Source: Candidatus Sumerlaeaceae bacterium (GTDB lineage Bacteria; Sumerlaeota; Sumerlaeia; Sumerlaeales; Sumerlaeaceae). Taken from it: DNA of 50,805 bases. The DNA is taken from assembly GCA_049968255.1 (NCBI GenBank), contig JBMFRB010000011.1:1-50805 (forward strand), given 5' to 3'. Positions 49,834 to 50,805 of the stretch are shown here, piece by piece (position 1 is the stretch's first letter; every line of letters starts with the position of its first letter). Both the position numbers and the translations under genes were made by a program. Under the pieces are notes generated by a model that worked only from the letters and a program-made list of their open reading frames with translations, searched no databases and had not been told where the DNA came from.

Positions 49834-50727
49834 TCAAGCCGGTGTTTCACGTCGTCGTTCGATGATAACCACGGCTGCAATAACCATCGCGGCCCCGACA
49901 ACCTGCCACAGGGCTAGCCGTTCGCCGAGCCACAACCAACCCAAAACCGACGTGACAACGATCTCGAATGAAAGCACTATGGTTGCAGCCGTCGCTTCCA
50001 CCCACCGCAGGGCGTAGAAGTAAAGAATGGTGGGCAATACCCCCAGCACGACGGCATAGCCGGCAATCCACACCGCCATCAGCGGACGCATGTGCACGAA
50101 GTGCCAAGTACTCGTTGGGTCAACAACGAAATAAGCCAAGCCCATAGCCAGAAACGTCAGGCCAGTGAAAGCTGCGGCATTGTAGCGCGAAGCAAAGGAC
50201 TTCGAAAAGATAGTGATGAACGAGAAACAGGCAGCGGAACCAATGGCTGCGAGAATGCCCAGCGTATCGAAAACAAATTGCCCGAAGAGAATGCCCGTGG
50301 CCACCGCTGCGCCACCGACGCTAAGAAGCACCGCCCCTACCTTCCACGCATCCACACGTTCCGTTTTCGTCAGCCATCCATAGGCGAGAGTCATCGCCGG
50401 CGCCAGATACTGCAGCGTGGCTGCTGTGGCCGCGCTCGTGCGCTGAATGCCGACGTTGATAAGAATCCCCCCCACCGCAAATGCGCCGCTGCCGAGCACT
50501 GCAAAACGCCACAAATCACGCCGCTCGACACGAAGATGCTGGGGCGCGAACCATGCAAGCGGCACTAGCAGCGCCGTAGCACTCACGAGGGCGCCAAAAT
50601 GCGAGAGAATGAACGGAGCCACATCGCGCAGAATCACACGTGCCGCAACGATCGAAGTGCCCCAGAATATGGTGGCCGCCAACAACGCCACGATTCCTCG
50701 ATCGCGTCCGGTCGGCCGCCACATCAT
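49834..50727 (-). CDS. EamA/DMT family transporter
   Basis: About 10 TM helices; IFWG, ATAATLQYLAP, LWLGERL...VGA; GGAGAG SD. Confidence 0.9.
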   Translation of the reverse strand: MMWRPTGRDRGIVALLAATIFWGTSIVAARVILRDVAPFILSHFGALVSATALLVPLAWFAPQHLRVERRDLWRFAVLGSGAFAVGGILINVGIQRTSAATAATLQYLAPAMTLAYGWLTKTERVDAWKVGAVLLSVGGAAVATGILFGQFVFDTLGILAAIGSAACFSFITIFSKSFASRYNAAAFTGLTFLAMGLAYFVVDPTSTWHFVHMRPLMAVWIAGYAVVLGVLPTILYFYALRWVEATAATIVLSFEIVVTSVLGWLWLGERLALWQVVGAAMVIAAVVIIERRRETPA

Positions 50728-50755
50728 GAGCTCTCCATGACCCCAGAAATAAAAT

Positions 50756-50805
50756 TGGCGTCCCCAAGGGGATTCGAACCCCTGTTATCGCCGTGAAAGG
50801 GCGAT
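50756..50805 (-). tRNA. tRNA-Glu(TTC), 5' part beyond the window end
   Basis: Minus strand reads ATCGCC-CTTTCAC-GGCGAT anticodon arm, AGGGG-TTCGAAT-CCCCT T arm, then GGGGACGCCA with encoded CCA. Confidence 0.93.

Overview
Bacterial chromosomal window of roughly 55-60% GC, mostly housekeeping genes with unusually long intergenic spacers. No CRISPR array, rRNA, integrase or transposase is recognisable. In order: 5'-truncated type III restriction Res subunit carrying an in-frame octamer-repeat insert, deoxyhypusine-synthase-like gene, NYN/LabA nuclease, orphan sucA, UbiD-family decarboxylase, Ser/Thr kinase, tig, guaB3-guaA, DUF1800-DUF1501 pair, glmS, orphan carbamate kinase, truA, a membrane protein, a BioF-radical SAM-GT2-GT2-atypical SDR-DegT run, ffh, cstA, purM-purD, F420/NADP oxidoreductase, CoA-binding protein, rpsU, NodU-type carbamoyltransferase, lipoprotein, ychF, Gfo/Idh/MocA oxidoreductase, secreted alpha/beta hydrolase, EamA transporter and a tRNA-Glu(TTC) cut by the window end. 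Best candidates for something undescribed: (1) the radical SAM/atypical SDR/aminotransferase glycan cluster, whose SDR lacks both YxxxK residues; (2) the translated octamer inverted-repeat insert in Res; (3) a serine hydrolase apparently fused to a degenerate 5'-nucleotidase C-terminal domain; (4) the DUF1800/DUF1501 pair. All family calls come from motif recognition by eye, not database searches.
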